Notes under the pieces: model-generated
Database searches by the model: none
The model's input: only the letters and a program-made list of their open reading frames with translations
Told to the model about the DNA's origin: nothing
Program-made: the position numbers and the translations under genes
NCBI GenBank assembly: GCA_002633005.1
Contig: NMRA01000218.1
Location: 77,688-141,687, forward strand
Origin: Phoronis australis
Lineage: Eukaryota > Animalia > Phoronida
Direction of reading: 5' to 3'
Length of the DNA: 64,000 nucleotides
Shown: one piece after another, positions 62,958 to 64,000 of the stretch
Layout: every line of letters begins with the position of its first letter
Numbering within the stretch: the stretch's first letter is position 1

Positions 62958-64000
62958 TCTTGTTTTAAACCTGAATCAAACGACACCCATAGTCTCAAAA
63001 CCGCTTGTGAGGAATCTCGGTTGATAATCAGCGACAAGTGTCAAGCAGAGATTTTTGTGTCAAGTTCGATTTTGGCTCTCCCGTACAGGTTACTACAAAA
63101 GCGTAAGGCAGATAAGTAAAATAAAAATCACATTTTGTCAAGAAACAATAAATTGACAAGTTTTATCTTTTAAAATAAACATTTAAAAATAAATATTTTA
63201 ATATAACAACAAAAGATCCGGTCATACTTGTTTTTCTATCTATAAATTGATTTATCTGGAATTCAAAATAACATTTTTGGTTGAGAGAAGACATGAAGGT
63301 GAAGGTTAAAGCCCCTGCTGAAGGCTGAAGGTGAAGGTCAAAGGCGCTGGTGTGGGTAGGGTGCAAAAACTTCGCTGAATGATCTTAAATGGTTTGGAAT
63401 GAGTCAGTATTGCGTGCGTCAGGATACGCGACCAGCTTTTTGATTACACCACAATATCCTTTGAACCTCCCATTTAAGATTTCTTCGGAAGGCCCATCCA
63501 GATTTTTGCAAAAAGGTCATACGCACCGCCATACGATTACGAACTTTCCAAACCATAACTGAAAAGTCGACTGCCCAAAAGGCTGAAAGAAAAGCTGATT
63601 TGCAGTCATGTTGTCGGCAGCGGAAGTGTAAGTTGATGTGCAGTGTGGTTTGTGTGTTATGTGAGGACAGTACTGTATCAAGTAACCATATAGTAGTGTT
63701 GTATTACTGTAGGTTCACTAGCTAGGCCTCTAGTAGGCAATGACCATCGCCTCTGTTGGCCCGAAGCAGAGGCGATGTAGAGGCTATAGGCGCTCTGTAC
63801 GCCGGAAGCTTTTCGGCGAATTATGCCTCGCACCGACTAAACCATCAAAGTCACGTTGTTACAAATACCTTTTGCGCATAGAGGAACACCTTAGGAGGTT
63901 GTCGATGTGTTTAATTCCTTCCAACTCGAACAAATACTCCCGTTATGAAACTTTTTCTTCGAGCAGTCCCTATTTCAGTTCCCAAAATCGTGAACTCAAC

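Overview
This is an AT-rich, intron-dense eukaryotic window, consistent with a marine invertebrate genome (taxon not determinable from the sequence). It has seven single-N assembly gaps (3006, 8833, 18546, 36949, 39543, 42800, 58646). Three protein-coding genes were reconstructed by hand. (1) SMC3 (cohesin), + strand, 30 coding exons from 2740 to 26459, 1208 aa, with a minor-spliceosome AT-AC intron at 15260-15784. (2) A TRIM-NHL gene with an intronless 698-aa CDS (31395-33491): RING, three B-box-like zinc fingers, coiled coil and NHL repeats, bracketed by two copies of a Harbinger-type MITE. (3) A large uncharacterised minus-strand gene (62957 down to 36049, at least 27 coding exons, about 1300 aa): N-terminal transmembrane anchor, armadillo-like repeats encoded roughly one per phase-1 exon, an ILEI/GG-like insert, and two different SPRY-type domains. 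It has one GC-AG intron and probably one exon lost in an assembly gap. Introns carry several MITEs, a tRNA-derived SINE with a 13-bp TSD, a decayed THAP-domain ORF, a long foldback hairpin, minisatellites and gap-flanking haplotype duplications. The best candidates for something undescribed are the TM-ARM-SPRY-SPRY protein and the three-B-box TRIM-NHL gene facing it tail-to-tail.
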